A DNA stretch of 64,000 bases from Fulvitalea axinellae. GTDB lineage: Bacteria; Bacteroidota; Bacteroidia; Cytophagales; Cyclobacteriaceae. The position numbers and the translations under genes were made by a program. A model generated the notes under the pieces. That model made no database searches. It saw nothing but the letters and a program-made list of their open reading frames with translations, and was not told the origin of the DNA. Below are positions 30,300-39,425 of the stretch, piece by piece (within the stretch, counting starts at the first letter, position 1; each line of letters opens with the position of its first letter). The stretch covers positions 2,210,010-2,274,009 of the forward strand of contig NZ_AP025314.1 in assembly GCF_036492835.1 (NCBI RefSeq). Reading direction: 5' to 3'.

Positions 30300-30755
30300 A
30301 TGAAAACGCTCCAATCTTCGAAAAGTGTCATTATTGACGCCGATGCCCGGACTCTTTGGGAGGTGCTGACAAAAGCGGATTACACCAAGGCTTATATGTT
30401 TAATTGCGAAGTGAATACCGACTGGGAAGTGGGGTCGCAGATTACTTGGAAAGGGAATTTTCAGGGCTATGACGCTTTCCAAAAAGGGGAGGTGTTGGCT
30501 TTTGAGCCCTTTGATTCCCTGTCATATTCCACTTTTGATCCAAACTTCGGTTTGGAAGACAAAGCCGAGAATTATATACATGTTGGTTATGCGTTGAAAG
30601 AGTTGGATGAAAAAGTGGAGTTGACTGTAAGCAATAAGACTTTTGACGGGGATGAAAAGCGCATGGCCCATGTGGAGCAGGGTTGGGCTATGGTGATTCC
30701 GCAGATAAAGGAGGTGGCTGAACGGATTATGCGTAAAGCTGACGAAACTGAATAA
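30300..30755 (+). CDS. SRPBCC-superfamily protein (AHSA1/START-like ligand-binding fold)
   Basis: The ORF starts at 30246, but the probable start is MKTLQSSKSV at 30300. SVIIDADARTLWEVLTKADYTKAYMF...WKGNFQGY is the typical AHSA1-like SRPBCC N-terminal pattern. Confidence 0.7.
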   Translation: MKTLQSSKSVIIDADARTLWEVLTKADYTKAYMFNCEVNTDWEVGSQITWKGNFQGYDAFQKGEVLAFEPFDSLSYSTFDPNFGLEDKAENYIHVGYALKELDEKVELTVSNKTFDGDEKRMAHVEQGWAMVIPQIKEVAERIMRKADETE

Positions 30756-30905
30756 TTTTTTTGCCGAAAAGCGGCAAACCATCATAAATATTTTGGCAGA
30801 GAGGCCGGTAATTATGTGTAGGCCGAGAGCTTTAGGGCTCCGGAACGACGGCGGTCACTTTTTGTAAATATACTATAGTAAATACATCTAATTTTAATCT
30901 TTGTT

Positions 30906-33095
30906 ATGGACGGAATTGGAGGAGCCTTAGGGCTGACAACGATCGGTATTGTATCGTTTGTAATAATTTTCATTTTTGCTTTCATAGTTAAAATGTATAA
31001 TAAAGCCTCGCAGGGTGAGGTGTTGGTGCGTACAGGTGGTTTGGGCGGCGCTGACGCCAAACCGCGTGTTTCGGCTTCGGGACTTTTTGTGGTGCCCGTG
31101 ATTCACCGCTTGGAAAAGATGGATATCCGCGTAAAGACCATCACCATTTCGCGTACTGGAAGCGAAGGTTTGGTTTGTAAGGATAACCTCCGCGCGGATA
31201 TCAAAGTGACCTTCTTCGTACGTGTAAACGTAGACGAAGTTGCGCAGGTGGCTAAATCTATCGGTTGTGATCGCGCTTCGGATCCTGACACTTTGAAAGA
31301 CCTCTACGAACCGAAATTCGCCGAGGCCCTGAAGACTGTAGGTAAGCAATTCGAATTCGTGCAACTTTACACCGCCCGTAAGGAGTTCAACTTGGCGATT
31401 GTTAACACTATCGGCACGGACTTGAACGGTTATCGTTTGGAAGACTGTGCGATTGACTTCTTGGAGCAGACGCCGGTTGACAAGCTGAATGACAGCAACA
31501 TCTTGGATGCCGAAGGTATCAAGAAGATTACGGAGTTGACGGCCAAGCAGACCACACAGGCCAACTTGATCCAGCGTGACAAGGAAAAAACCATCAAGCA
31601 ACAGGACGTGGAAGCTCAGGAGACTATCCTGAACTTGGAGCGCCAGAAGGTGGAAGCCGAAGAGCGTCAGCGTAAGGAAATCGAAACGATGCGTGCCCGC
31701 GAGCAGGCCGAGATCATGAAAATCCGTGAAGAGGAGCGTTTGAAGTCTGAAAAGGCCCGCATCGAAACGGAAGAGGCCGTGCAGATCGCAGAAGAGAATC
31801 GCTTGCGTGAAGTATTGGTGGCTTCTAAGAATAAAGAAAAGACCGACGCCGTGGAATCGGAGCGAGTGGATCAAGCTCGTCTCTTGGAAGAGACCGAGAA
31901 AGAGCGTATCGTAGAATTGGCTCAGATCGAAAAGGAGCGCGCTTTGGAGCAAGAGCGTAAGAATATCCAGGATGTGATTCGCGAGCGTGTTTCTGTAGAG
32001 AAAGCCGTGGTGGCCGAGCAAGAGAAGACCAAAGACTTGCAAGCCATTGCCGAAGCGGACCGTAACAAAGCCGTGGCGCTTAAGAACGCTGAACGCGACG
32101 CCGAGGCCAGCTTGGTGAAAGAGATCAAGGAAGCCGAAGCAGCCAAAGAAGCGTCCAAGTTAGAATCGGAGCGCATGATGATCGAGGCGAAAGCCAAGGA
32201 ATCCGCCGCCGTTCACGACGCCGAGGCGATGAAGACATTGGCCGACGCCACAGCCGCCGAAGCCGCCGCTTTGGGTATGTCCGAAGCTCAGGTGATGGAA
32301 GCCAAAGCCTCCGCCAAGGAGAAGGAAGCCGAAGCCGAAGCTGCGATGGTGGAACTTACCGCCATGGCCGAAGCCAAAGGAATCGAGGCCAAAGGAGTGG
32401 CGCAAGCCGAAGCGGACCGTGGCCAAGGCAATGTGGACGCCGAAGTCTTGAAGAAGAAAGGTTTGGCGCAAGCCGAGGTTATCGACGCGCAGGCTGACGC
32501 CAAAGAAAAGCAGGCGATGATCGACGTGAAGGTGCTCAACGAGAAGTTGGCTGTGGAAGCGGCCGGCATCGAGAAGAAAGCCGAAGCGATGAAGGTTCTC
32601 GACCCGGCCTCTGTGGCGCACGAGGAATTCCGTTTGCGTTTGGAGCAGGACAAGGAAATCGAACTCGCTCGCATCGACGCTCAGAAAATCGTTGCGGCCG
32701 AGCAGGCTGGCGTATTGGGCGAGGCGCTCAAAGCTTCGAACATCGACATCATCGGTGGCGAGTCTATGTTCTTCGACAAGTTGACAAGCTCAATCACTAC
32801 CGGTAAGGCCATCGACAAAGTGGTGGGCAACAGCCAGACTCTGACCGAAGTGAAGGACAGATTCTTCAACGGTGGAAACGGCAACGACTTCAAAGCCAAT
32901 TTCCGTTCGTTCATCAGCCAATTTGGCGTATCGTCGGATGATCTCCGCACGATGACCATCTCGGCCTTGTTGATGAAACTAACTCAAAACGCCAAGAGCG
33001 ACAGTGACCTGAACACTATCCGTCAGCTCGAAAATCTCTCGGACACCATGGGTGTAGGTGACAAAACGCCGGAGAGTCTCGGACTCCACGAATAG
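30906..33095 (+). CDS. Flotillin-family (SPFH/band-7) protein, YqiK-like, with very long EA/KE-rich coiled coil
   Basis: 729 aa. It has an N-terminal TM helix, an SPFH domain (GEVLVRTGGLG...VVPVIHRLEKMDIRVKTI...LVCKDNLRADIKVTFFVRVN), then approx. 400 aa of E/A/K/R heptad-rich sequence. Confidence 0.9.
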   Translation: MDGIGGALGLTTIGIVSFVIIFIFAFIVKMYNKASQGEVLVRTGGLGGADAKPRVSASGLFVVPVIHRLEKMDIRVKTITISRTGSEGLVCKDNLRADIKVTFFVRVNVDEVAQVAKSIGCDRASDPDTLKDLYEPKFAEALKTVGKQFEFVQLYTARKEFNLAIVNTIGTDLNGYRLEDCAIDFLEQTPVDKLNDSNILDAEGIKKITELTAKQTTQANLIQRDKEKTIKQQDVEAQETILNLERQKVEAEERQRKEIETMRAREQAEIMKIREEERLKSEKARIETEEAVQIAEENRLREVLVASKNKEKTDAVESERVDQARLLEETEKERIVELAQIEKERALEQERKNIQDVIRERVSVEKAVVAEQEKTKDLQAIAEADRNKAVALKNAERDAEASLVKEIKEAEAAKEASKLESERMMIEAKAKESAAVHDAEAMKTLADATAAEAAALGMSEAQVMEAKASAKEKEAEAEAAMVELTAMAEAKGIEAKGVAQAEADRGQGNVDAEVLKKKGLAQAEVIDAQADAKEKQAMIDVKVLNEKLAVEAAGIEKKAEAMKVLDPASVAHEEFRLRLEQDKEIELARIDAQKIVAAEQAGVLGEALKASNIDIIGGESMFFDKLTSSITTGKAIDKVVGNSQTLTEVKDRFFNGGNGNDFKANFRSFISQFGVSSDDLRTMTISALLMKLTQNAKSDSDLNTIRQLENLSDTMGVGDKTPESLGLHE

Positions 33096-33099
33096 TCTG

Positions 33100-33180
33100 A
33101 GTAAAGAGTAAAGGGTAAAGCGTAAAGAGTATGGTGTCGTAACTTCGTCGCTTTTACTCTTTGCGCTTTGTTGTTTTTTA
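33100..33180 (+). terminator. Imperfect hairpin / terminator-like structure after the flotillin gene
   Basis: gtaaagagtaaagggtaaagcgtaaagagta ... tactctttgcgctttg forms an imperfect inverted repeat followed by a T-rich stretch. It is built from the same short motif repeated in the downstream leader. Confidence 0.35.
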
Positions 33181-33317
33181 ACGTTGATAAGCGTGTGATT
33201 TAAATTCTAAATCAATCCTTGACGGGATGTGGATGGAACGAGCCTCATTTCAGTTTTAAATTTGTGACTGATTCGTTTTGGGCGCGTTATGGATTGGGAT
33301 TTCAGCACTCTGATTTT

Positions 33318-33383
33318 TTACTCTGGACTCTTTACGCTTTACTCTGTACCAAACTTATTACTCTGGACTCTTTACGCTTTACT
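33318..33383 (+). repeat. Two direct copies of a 26-bp motif (tactctggactctttacgctttactc) in the leader of the giant ATPase gene
   Basis: Exact copies lie at 33318-33343 and 33358-33383. The reverse complement (gtaaagcgtaaagagt) occurs at approx. 33124-33140 inside the upstream hairpin region. Confidence 0.8.
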
Positions 33384-33393
33384 CAAAAAAAAC

Positions 33394-36300
33394 ATGTCGG
33401 AAACTACCGAAAAACAAGATATACAACTGGACGGCGGTACATACGAAGTCCTGAAAACGCGTTTGCGGAAGGAGAGCGAAGTTCTGCGTGAACGCTTGAA
33501 TGTTCTGAACGAAAACCGGAAAGACGTTTTCGGCGCCATCGACCTCTCGTTGTTGGCCACCGAACGCGTCACTACCGAATACAATTGCGTGCCTTGGGAC
33601 ATGTGTGCCATAGGCGATCATTTCCTGTTCGGCTATAACGTGCATATGGGGCTGAAGGTGGAGTACAAGCCTTCGGACGTATTCAGCATGTTTCGCTACG
33701 ACGACCTGTCTTTCGTACACGAACCGTTGGACATGCTACAGGACGAAGCCTTTGTCAAGGATTTCAAGAACCTTTACAAATATTACAAAGGCACCCGGTT
33801 CGTCAAATTCGCCCGGATGGGTCAATACCTGCATATGGTTTTCCGCATTGGGCAGGGATTGGACGATATCAAGACATTTAAATGGCTGGTTAGCGAAGGG
33901 GAATTGCGTTATGTGGACGCCCGGAGCGATCACGAGCTGAAATACCCTTCCCAACACGAGTTTGAATGGATCAAGACTACCCGTGAGCAGTTTTGCGAAG
34001 GCGAACACCCGCATATTTCCATCGAGGACATCGTTTTTGTGGAGACGGTAGGCGGTGACTTGACCATAAAAGTAGAGGATAATACCGAAGACGGAAAAGG
34101 AATTTATAACGAGCTTGTCCAGCATAAGGAACAGCGATTGGAAGACGCCGAGGTGTATTACGCCATCTTGGGACATCTTGTTATACTGAAAATAAAACCC
34201 TATCAGGAAGAATTCCGGTATTTTGTCTATAACGCCAAGCTTCAGGAAGCAATTCGGATAGACGCGCTGGAGGATAGCTGTATCCTGTTGCCCGAAAACC
34301 ACGGTTTAATCTTCTCCAACGGCTATTATTTGCAGTCCGGCGACTATAAGCAGTTCGACAATAACCTGTCGGATATGCTGTACGAGCGTTGCGTGCCTTC
34401 GCCTAATGGCGAAGACTTTATGTACGTATTTTACAATCGCCGGAAAGGGATTTACCTGTTGCTTCACTATAACCTGATTGCGCAGAAAGTGGAAAGCCCG
34501 GCGATTTGCCACGGTTACTCGACCTTCGAAAACGGGGAAATGTGCATGTTCCGGGCCGATGACGAACCGAAGAAGCACCATGTTGTCCAGATTTGGCAAA
34601 CCCCTTACGTTGGGCCTGACTTCCAGCTGGAAGGGCAGTCGGATTCTTTCCTGTATAAGATCGGGAACAAGGATATTGTAAAAGCTATGGCCGAGTGTCA
34701 GGCTTTGTTGAATCTGGTCGGGAAAGAGGAAGCGTACCGAGACCAATATTTGGACATCATCAAGATGGCCACCGACTCCTTGGACACGTATCACTGGCTG
34801 GGCAAACCCGAGGCTTCGGAGTTGGCGGAGCCTCTGAAATCTATCCGTGAGACGGCGGTTGCGGCCGTGGACGAATACGAGAAAGTCCGCAAAATTCAAC
34901 AGCATACGAATACGGAGGTCAAGCGGGTATCTAGGGAGGCTGATGATCTTATCGCTAGGCTTAAGCGTGAGGTCCCTCAGCTGATAGGTGACTTCGTCCA
35001 GAACCTGACCGACCTGCGCAAAGTTCGTGGCGAAGTGATTTCCCTGAAGGAACTCCGCTATGTGGACGAGTCCAAGGTGGAGAAGTACGAAGCTTCGCTA
35101 GCCGATTTCGCCGATCAGGTATCGAAAGATTGCGTTCGTTTCCTTTTGAAACCCGAAGCCTTGGAGCCATACGCCGAGCAGGTGGAGGCCATCCGTAAAG
35201 AGGTGGAGAAAGTCACGAAAGTGGTGGAGGCTGACGCCTTAGATGAGCGCATCACGGCGGTGTCGAACGAATTGGAGATGTTGATCGAGACGGTCAGCAA
35301 CCTCAAGATCGACGACGCCACGGAAGTCACTCGCATCATCGACAGCATCTCGGGCATTTATTCCAGCTTCAACCAGATCAAAGCCTCGCTCAAGCGCAAG
35401 CGCAAAGAGCTGATGGGCGAGGAGGGACGCGCCGAGTTCAACGCCCAGATAAAGCTGGTGGACCAAGGCGCCGTCAATTTCCTCGACCTCTGCGACACGC
35501 CCGAGAAGTGCGAGGAATACATGACCAAGCTGATGGTTCAGCTGGAGGAATTGGAAGGCAAGTTCTCGGAGTTTGACGAGTTTATCGATAAGATTTCCGT
35601 CAAGCGCGACGAGCTTTACAACGCCTTCGAATCCAAGAAAATCACTTTGGTGGAGGCCCGCAACCGCCGCGCCACCACCTTGCAGAAAGCGGCCGAGCGT
35701 ATCATCGCCTCGGTAAAGAGCCGTCTTTCTCGCTTCAAGGAAGTATCCGAAATCAACGGCTATATGGCCTCGGATATGATGGTGGAAAAAGTCCGTGGCA
35801 TCGTGCAGGAACTCTTCGATCTTGGCGATTCCGTCAAGGCCGACGACATCCAAAGCCGACTCAAAACCGCCAAGGAAGACGCCCTGCGTCAGCTCAAGGA
35901 CAAGTCCGAACTCTTCGTGGGCGGCGACAACATCATCCGTTTCGGTACTTATGACTTCGCCGTCAATACCCAGCCTTTGGACCTTACGATGGTCTATCGC
36001 GAGGGCCGGATGTTCTACCATCTAAGCGGAACGAACTTCTTTGAGGAAGTGACCGATGAGGAATTCAACGCCAGCCGTCCCGTTTGGGATCAGGCCACCG
36101 TGGCCGAAAACCGCGAGGTATACCGTGGCGAATACCTGGCCTATTTGATTTTGAAAGAAGCCGAAGCCAAGACGCTTTCCCTTTCGGAAGAAGAAGGCGT
36201 ATTGAGCGTATCCGACCTCTCGGATATGGATCATGACGCCCTGATGGCCGTGGTGCAGCGCTATATGGCCCTGCGCTATAGCGAAGGCTACGTGAAAGGC

Positions 36301-38295
36301 GTGCATGACCACGACGCCACCAAGATTTTGGAAGCCCTCCTTGAGATGCAGACCCGTGTGGGGCTCCTGCGTTACGGCGCCTCTACCCGCGCCTTGGCCG
36401 GTTTTTACTGGAACCATTGGGAAGAGAAGGGCCAGCGTGAACTGTTCGAAGCGCAGATACACAGTGCTGGGATTATCCTGCGGGCCTTCCCCGATACGAC
36501 GGAGTTCGAAGCCTTGAAAACCGAGCTCGGCGAACGCCTGCAAGCCTGTGCCGAAGCGACGGAACTTTTCGTCGTGCGTGATTTTGCAGAAGCGGCCGAT
36601 TACCTTTTCGAACAAGTGGCCCTGAACGAAGCCTTTGTGGTGGACGGCAAGGCCTATGACCTGCGCAAGCGTTTCGAATCCGAACTGCGTGGACGCAAGG
36701 TCGATACCGCATTCGGTGAGTCCGTAGCCAAGTTGGAAGATCCGGCCTTGAAATACAGGCTCGTGCGCAACTGGCTCAAGGCCTTCACGCAGGACGCCGG
36801 CCTTGAGGCCGAAATACGTTTCGTGGACGAAGTGGCCGTGATGTTGCTCGATGGCGAAACCGATAAGAAAAGCGTGCGCGAGGTACGCCTCGAACGTGAA
36901 CTGGAAGAGATGCAGGGCGCCCACGACCGTCTGGCCGAACAGCGCTACGGCTTGCACTTCCACGACTTCAACCGCCGTCTCGGCGACTACGCCAGCGACA
37001 CCGTGCCGATGTACGGACGCTTTCAGGAACTGAAACAGCAGATGTCCGCCGACTTCGCCGAGGCCCTGCGCCTGAGTGAGTTCAAACCGCGCGTGCTGTC
37101 CTCCTTCGTACGGAACCAATTGCTCGACAAGGTCTATCTGCCCATCATCGGCGCCAACCTCGCCAAGCAGATCGGTACCGCCGGCGAAGGCAAGCGCACC
37201 GACCTCATGGGCATGCTCCTGCTCATCTCGCCTCCGGGCTACGGTAAGACGACCATCATGGAATACGTCGCCAACCGCCTCGGGCTGGTCTTCATGAAGA
37301 TCAACGGCCCCGCGCTCGGGCATGAAGTGGTGTCCGTGGACCCCGCTCAGGCGGGCAACGCCGGCGTTCGTCAGGAATTGGAGAAGTTGAACCTCGCCTT
37401 TGAGATGGGCGACAACGTGATGATCTACCTCGACGACATCCAGCACTGTAACCCCGAATTCCTGCAGAAATTCATCTCGCTCTGTGACGGCCAGCGAAAA
37501 ATCGAGGGCGTGTACAAGGGCAAGACCAAAACCTACGACTTCCGTGGCAAGAAAGTCTGCGTAGTGATGGCCGGCAACCCATACACCGAGAGCGGCGACA
37601 AGTTCCGCATCCCGGACATGCTCGCCAACCGTGCCGACATCTACAACCTCGGCGACATCCTGGGCGAATCGGATCACGAGTTCAAGCTCTCGTATATCCA
37701 GAACTGCCTCACCTCTAATGCGACCTTGGCCAAACTGGCGGCCAAGAGCCACAAAGACGTGCTCAGCGTGCTCAAGATTGCCGAGACCGGCAACCGCGAA
37801 GGCGTGGAATTCGAGGCCAACCACTCGGCCACCGAGATAGGCGAGTACACAGAGGTGCTCAAAAAGCTCCTCTACGCCCGCGACGTCATCCTGAAGGTGA
37901 ACCTGGAGTACATCCGCTCGGCGGGACAGGCCGAAGAGTTCCGTACCGAACCGCCGTTCAAACTGCAGGGCTCGTACCGCGATATGAACAAGATAGCCGA
38001 GAAAGTGGTGCCCGTGATGAACGACAAGGAACTGCGCACGCTTATGGTCTCGCACTACGAGCGCGAAGCCCAGACCCTGACGGCCGGCGCCGAAGCCAAC
38101 CTGCTCAAATTCCGTGAGCTGATAGGCATCGCCACCGACGACGAGCTCACCCGCTGGGAAGAGATCAAGGAAGTCTTCCGCAAAAAGCAGAAGCATACCC
38201 TATCAGGCGGCAACCAACTGGGCCAAATGCTGGAACAGGTGGAACGCATGGCGGAGAGCCTTGGTAGGATTGCTGGGGAGAGGGAGAGTGTTTGA
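33394..38295 (+). CDS. Giant (approx. 1630 aa) protein with a single C-terminal AAA_5/MoxR-type AAA+ ATPase module; N-terminal approx. 1250 aa novel
   Basis: The ORF is open from 33289, but the likely start is MSETTEKQD at 33394, after the repeat leader. Walker A is LLLISPPGYGKTTIMEY, Walker B is VMIYLDDIQHCNPEFLQKFISLCD, and the sensor/arginine region is VCVVMAGNPYTESGDKFRIPDMLANRADIYNL. The rest is rich in coiled-coil-like segments. Confidence 0.75.
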   Translation: MSETTEKQDIQLDGGTYEVLKTRLRKESEVLRERLNVLNENRKDVFGAIDLSLLATERVTTEYNCVPWDMCAIGDHFLFGYNVHMGLKVEYKPSDVFSMFRYDDLSFVHEPLDMLQDEAFVKDFKNLYKYYKGTRFVKFARMGQYLHMVFRIGQGLDDIKTFKWLVSEGELRYVDARSDHELKYPSQHEFEWIKTTREQFCEGEHPHISIEDIVFVETVGGDLTIKVEDNTEDGKGIYNELVQHKEQRLEDAEVYYAILGHLVILKIKPYQEEFRYFVYNAKLQEAIRIDALEDSCILLPENHGLIFSNGYYLQSGDYKQFDNNLSDMLYERCVPSPNGEDFMYVFYNRRKGIYLLLHYNLIAQKVESPAICHGYSTFENGEMCMFRADDEPKKHHVVQIWQTPYVGPDFQLEGQSDSFLYKIGNKDIVKAMAECQALLNLVGKEEAYRDQYLDIIKMATDSLDTYHWLGKPEASELAEPLKSIRETAVAAVDEYEKVRKIQQHTNTEVKRVSREADDLIARLKREVPQLIGDFVQNLTDLRKVRGEVISLKELRYVDESKVEKYEASLADFADQVSKDCVRFLLKPEALEPYAEQVEAIRKEVEKVTKVVEADALDERITAVSNELEMLIETVSNLKIDDATEVTRIIDSISGIYSSFNQIKASLKRKRKELMGEEGRAEFNAQIKLVDQGAVNFLDLCDTPEKCEEYMTKLMVQLEELEGKFSEFDEFIDKISVKRDELYNAFESKKITLVEARNRRATTLQKAAERIIASVKSRLSRFKEVSEINGYMASDMMVEKVRGIVQELFDLGDSVKADDIQSRLKTAKEDALRQLKDKSELFVGGDNIIRFGTYDFAVNTQPLDLTMVYREGRMFYHLSGTNFFEEVTDEEFNASRPVWDQATVAENREVYRGEYLAYLILKEAEAKTLSLSEEEGVLSVSDLSDMDHDALMAVVQRYMALRYSEGYVKGVHDHDATKILEALLEMQTRVGLLRYGASTRALAGFYWNHWEEKGQRELFEAQIHSAGIILRAFPDTTEFEALKTELGERLQACAEATELFVVRDFAEAADYLFEQVALNEAFVVDGKAYDLRKRFESELRGRKVDTAFGESVAKLEDPALKYRLVRNWLKAFTQDAGLEAEIRFVDEVAVMLLDGETDKKSVREVRLERELEEMQGAHDRLAEQRYGLHFHDFNRRLGDYASDTVPMYGRFQELKQQMSADFAEALRLSEFKPRVLSSFVRNQLLDKVYLPIIGANLAKQIGTAGEGKRTDLMGMLLLISPPGYGKTTIMEYVANRLGLVFMKINGPALGHEVVSVDPAQAGNAGVRQELEKLNLAFEMGDNVMIYLDDIQHCNPEFLQKFISLCDGQRKIEGVYKGKTKTYDFRGKKVCVVMAGNPYTESGDKFRIPDMLANRADIYNLGDILGESDHEFKLSYIQNCLTSNATLAKLAAKSHKDVLSVLKIAETGNREGVEFEANHSATEIGEYTEVLKKLLYARDVILKVNLEYIRSAGQAEEFRTEPPFKLQGSYRDMNKIAEKVVPVMNDKELRTLMVSHYEREAQTLTAGAEANLLKFRELIGIATDDELTRWEEIKEVFRKKQKHTLSGGNQLGQMLEQVERMAESLGRIAGERESV

Positions 38296-38314
38296 TATAG
38301 TGTGCTTCAATATA

Positions 38315-38366
38315 AAAAAGCTGGCACTGAAGTGTTGTCAAGTTACTTCAGTGCCAGCTTTTTTCA
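38315..38366 (+). terminator. Strong rho-independent terminator
   Basis: aaaaaagctggcactgaagt-gttgtcaagtt-acttcagtgccagctttttt is a perfect 14-bp stem followed by a T-run. Confidence 0.75.
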
Positions 38367-38492
38367 TTTTATAGGTTGTATTTTAAGAAAGTTTATTCAT
38401 TTGTATGGTTTTAACTTAAGCTGAATAGACCTGTAAGATTTCTTGATGAGTAATTTTAACATTGAAAATAAATCATTTAATTCACGTTAAGT

Positions 38493-39233
38493 ATGCGGAG
38501 ATTTATTTTCTATGAATATCTTCTGAAAATATTGTCAGTTTTTTATTTATTAGGTTCATTTTTTATGGTTGAAATTATCCAAGATAAGTTAGATATCAGG
38601 TTGGATTTTGACCCTGATGTTGAAGATCCATCAAGGTTGTTTCGTGCTTTTGCAGAGATTATTGATAGTGTAAATTCGCTGGATTTACAAATTGCACGAT
38701 CAATAGATCCTAATGTGGAAAATAAACTCTTTTTGAAAGATATAGAGAAAGGTTCACTCATTGCGAAATTAGAAAAATGGATAACTTTAGATCCGTCTAA
38801 TGAACTCAAGATCACTCCACTACCAGAGTCAAATGATGTTAGAGAATATCTTAATGAAAGTCGGCAAGTTAGTTTGAAGAGTCTCAATTCGGACTCTCAA
38901 GATCTTGAATCATTAGAAAGACTGACTGCGAAAATAGATGATATAGCTAAATCAAAAAATATTGATAAATACTTTAACTATAAAAAGGTTGAGGTGCTTC
39001 CGGTTGCAGAAAATCTAAACAAGATATCACATGCGTCAAATAAGTTAGCGGATAAAGAAACCTTTGATATTATTTCTAATCATGACTCCACCGAATTAAA
39101 TAATACCTCACCCAAGATCAATATTGAAGACATTAAAACAGCTTTAACAAGCGAAGTTATTGAGAATACAACAACAGAGGTGTATAAAATTAAGAAACCA
39201 GACTTCTTAGGTGAATCCAGGGCCTGTTCATAA
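38493..39233 (+). CDS. Hypothetical protein, AT-rich (island cargo)
   Basis: 246 aa. It is low-GC and Asn/Lys/Ile/Asp-rich with an N-terminal hydrophobic segment. It lies immediately upstream of the ISAs1 transposase. No motifs were recognised. Confidence 0.45.
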   Translation: MRRFIFYEYLLKILSVFYLLGSFFMVEIIQDKLDIRLDFDPDVEDPSRLFRAFAEIIDSVNSLDLQIARSIDPNVENKLFLKDIEKGSLIAKLEKWITLDPSNELKITPLPESNDVREYLNESRQVSLKSLNSDSQDLESLERLTAKIDDIAKSKNIDKYFNYKKVEVLPVAENLNKISHASNKLADKETFDIISNHDSTELNNTSPKINIEDIKTALTSEVIENTTTEVYKIKKPDFLGESRACS

Positions 39234-39425
39234 AGCGTCTGAGAAAATAGGAGCTTACCACCATGAATTGCAATTTTGAATTACCACAAACAAACTTGCG
39301 GTTGATGGATAAGCTCCCAAAAAAACGAAATTAATCAATACTACCTCCAGTTACAACTAAGCCTTGTAGACCACAGGAACGCCAAGGGGAAGAAGCACGA
39401 ACTGGCTTTTGTCGTACTGTGCTTT

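Noticed and set aside
30927-32674. Several antisense ORFs (371, 153 and 128 aa) inside the flotillin gene
   Set aside because: The GAA/GCC-rich coiled-coil coding sequence yields open antisense frames; their translations are F/L/S-rich nonsense. The flotillin SPFH motifs are unambiguous on the + strand.
33289-33393. Upstream extension of the giant ATPase ORF to the ATG at 33289
   Set aside because: The extension is encoded by the direct/inverted repeat leader (LFTLYSVPNLLLWTLYALL is a repeat translation). MSETTEKQD at 33394 gives a hydrophilic, plausible N-terminus after the repeats.
36022-38196. 724-aa antisense ORF (plus 35239..36021 and 34306..34905) within the giant ATPase gene
   Set aside because: These mirror the + strand gene, which has clean Walker A/B and sensor motifs in frame. 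The antisense translations are G/V/H/A-rich with no motifs and no independent start context.
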